A stretch of DNA of 64,000 nt, from the NCBI GenBank assembly GCA_022605425.2, contig JAKIMF020000004.1, forward strand, positions 1 to 64,000. The letters are read 5' to 3'. Shown piece by piece: positions 61,885-64,000 of the stretch. Positions within the stretch are counted from its first letter, which is position 1, and every line of letters begins with the position of its first letter. The stretch comes from Hamiltosporidium tvaerminnensis FI-OER-3-3. Taxonomy: Eukaryota > Fungi > Microsporidia. The position numbers were made by a program, and so were the translations under genes. A model generated the notes under the pieces. The model worked only from the letters and a program-made list of their open reading frames with translations. It had not been told where the DNA came from and searched no databases.

Positions 61885-64000
61885 TGTAATACAATTTAAA
61901 AATATCATTATCGTTAAAAGGCGGTATTAAAATATTATATCTATCTATATATTATAAGAATATATTGCTGCACAATTTATTTGAAAATATGGCAATAGTT
62001 ACACCCGTTACTCAATGTTAAAACGAAAGATATTAAATTGTGCTATAAATTTTAAGTTATTGGTCATAAAATAATTTATAAACGAAAAAAAAATGGCTAC
62101 TAACTAATGTTAAACAAAAAAAAATTTCAAAATTGTTTTAAAAATTTCAAATAAGGGTGGTAATCAAGTAATGGTTAAGCAAATATAAAAAAAAATAAAC
62201 TCATCTAAGAATAAACGGAAATTTTTTTTATTTTCCCATAAGCACTATTTTCTTTATGAAATAAATTATGGATTATTCATTTAATGTGTAGATGTTACAT
62301 ATTTACATTTTTCAAAGAAACTACTTTTATACAAATTATGTTTATAATTTATTAAAAAATATAACTTTTTATGTTTTTACTGTTTTTCTCATGGTTATTC
62401 AATTGCAGTAAATTTATTTATTTGCAAAACTATAGGCATGATTGTATCTATTTTCTTTTAAATTATACAAAAAAAAGTAATTATCACTAGATTCTTAAAA
62501 TCTCTATTTTTAAGAAATATATTATTTCCATAATAAAAGCTTGTGGTTTTTTTGAACAACTTGTTAATTCTTTTCAATTTCGAAATTGAATTAATAGTTT
62601 GAAGTGATTATAAGAAGAATTTTGAATTGTGTGCGATTTTTTTTGTATAATGTTATAATTTATTTTTTAGATATTACTATAAATCTCGAATTGGATAGTA
62701 TTTCTGCTATTTTTCTACTTAAATTATTCATGTTAATACTAAACTTAAATCCAATGTGATATTTGGCTTAAAAAATCTTAAAAATGTAGTTTAAACATTG
62801 AGAAAAGTATTGTTAAAATACAAAATTTTAATGTTAGATAACTGACGCATAATTCAGAAAAACATATTTTTAATCAATAATATAACGAACTTCATTTATT
62901 TGATCTTTGTATTCAGAATATAATTATCTTTTATATTTACTCAAATTAAAATTGTAATTTTTTCATTCATACCATACAGCCTTTTAAGTAATGCATCAAT
63001 AATATTCAAATTACATTTTTGAATTTGCAATAATTTATACTAAATTTTTAATATATTTTTATGATCTTTTTATGATCTTTTTTACTAAGGCGATTCTTGT
63101 ATATTCCAAAATAATCTGTTAATGTATTCTTAGTATCCTTAGCGCAAGAATATGATAGCTAGGTTTTTCTGTATCTTTTTTAAGGAAGATCTTTAATATC
63201 TAAAAAGCAGTTGTAACTTTTTCTTTTTTGTTTCGAAGCCTCTATTATTTAATAATATCAATAAATAGCAACAAATTATTGGCTTACAAAAATAATTCGT
63301 GGAGTATGTTGAAGAGTACTTTTATTTGTTTGCTTCTTTTTCAATCAGGCATAAATCTATGAAAAAATAAGTCATTTAACACTATTATAAAACTTTTACT
63401 GGAAAATTAGAATTTTTTAAATTTGAAATTTATTTCGATAAGAACCTATTTTCTCAAATAAAGATTCAAATATTTTAAAGACTTAAAAAACTCATTAATT
63501 TACCTAAAAATATTCCCGGAAATATTCGATTATCTTATGAGGTAAAAAATTTTGCGTTAATCAAATATTAAGACATTATTTGATTAGACATATGTTCCGA
63601 TTTAATGGCGATAAAAAATTTATTACAAAGAAATTTTCATTTAAATTAGATTGATGTTGATTGTATACTGAGTTCGGCCAGCTTCATGTTAAATTATAAT
63701 TCTATATATCTTTTTCTCAATTTTTTCTTCATTTCTTGGGTTTTTAAGAGCGAAGAGGTTTTTATAAAAGTGTTCAATATGCTATTATCAGATGCATAAA
63801 TTGATGATTTGCATTTTTTTAATACGTAAATAACAAGGTAATCACTAAATACGATTGATATCATATGTAATTATTCAAAACGCGCACAAAATAATATAAA
63901 AGAAAGCTATTTCAATCCAAGTCATTGTTAACTTATATTTTAAAGTTAGATATGTGATCTAGATGTTTCGAAACGTATTAATTTCAATTATTTTCAAATA

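Noticed and set aside
62500-64000. Decayed leucine-rich-repeat gene on the minus strand (FKSLKYLNL near 63460-63490)
   Set aside because: Only one LxxLxL-like peptide, amid stops. Expected by chance in AT-rich DNA.

Overview
Very AT-rich (roughly 20-25% GC by eye), gene-poor eukaryotic DNA in the standard genetic code. It resembles a large-genome microsporidian or fungal chromosome, but taxonomy is only an inference. I recognise no intact host gene. The only long ORFs belong to two related, co-oriented non-LTR (LINE-type) retrotransposons, each with a C4 zinc-finger ORF1 and an APE-endonuclease/reverse-transcriptase ORF2. Copy 1 (about 48.6-52.3 kb) has one nonsense codon in ORF2. Copy 2 (about 56.9-60.9 kb) has an intact ORF2. 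Despite heavy divergence the two share an 11-nt ORF1/ORF2 overlap, a CX2C-X20-CX2C finger, altered catalytic motifs and a TTGGCC-loop hairpin just after the ORF2 stop. The rest of the window has five parts. (1) A cluster of about 4.5-kb decayed paralogous units of probable minus-strand coding origin (B0, A1, B1, A2, B2 and a fragment), including a ~9-kb segmental duplication. (2) Two arrays of a divergent ~190-bp satellite flanking a 6.5-kb core. (3) A ~50-copy TAACACCC minisatellite at the start of that core. (4) A 9-copy, 53-bp-phased palindrome array between the two LINEs. (5) Blocks rich in dispersed telomere-like CCCTAA, one beginning with a Helitron-like terminus. Repeat boundaries, copy counts and alignments were read by eye and are approximate.
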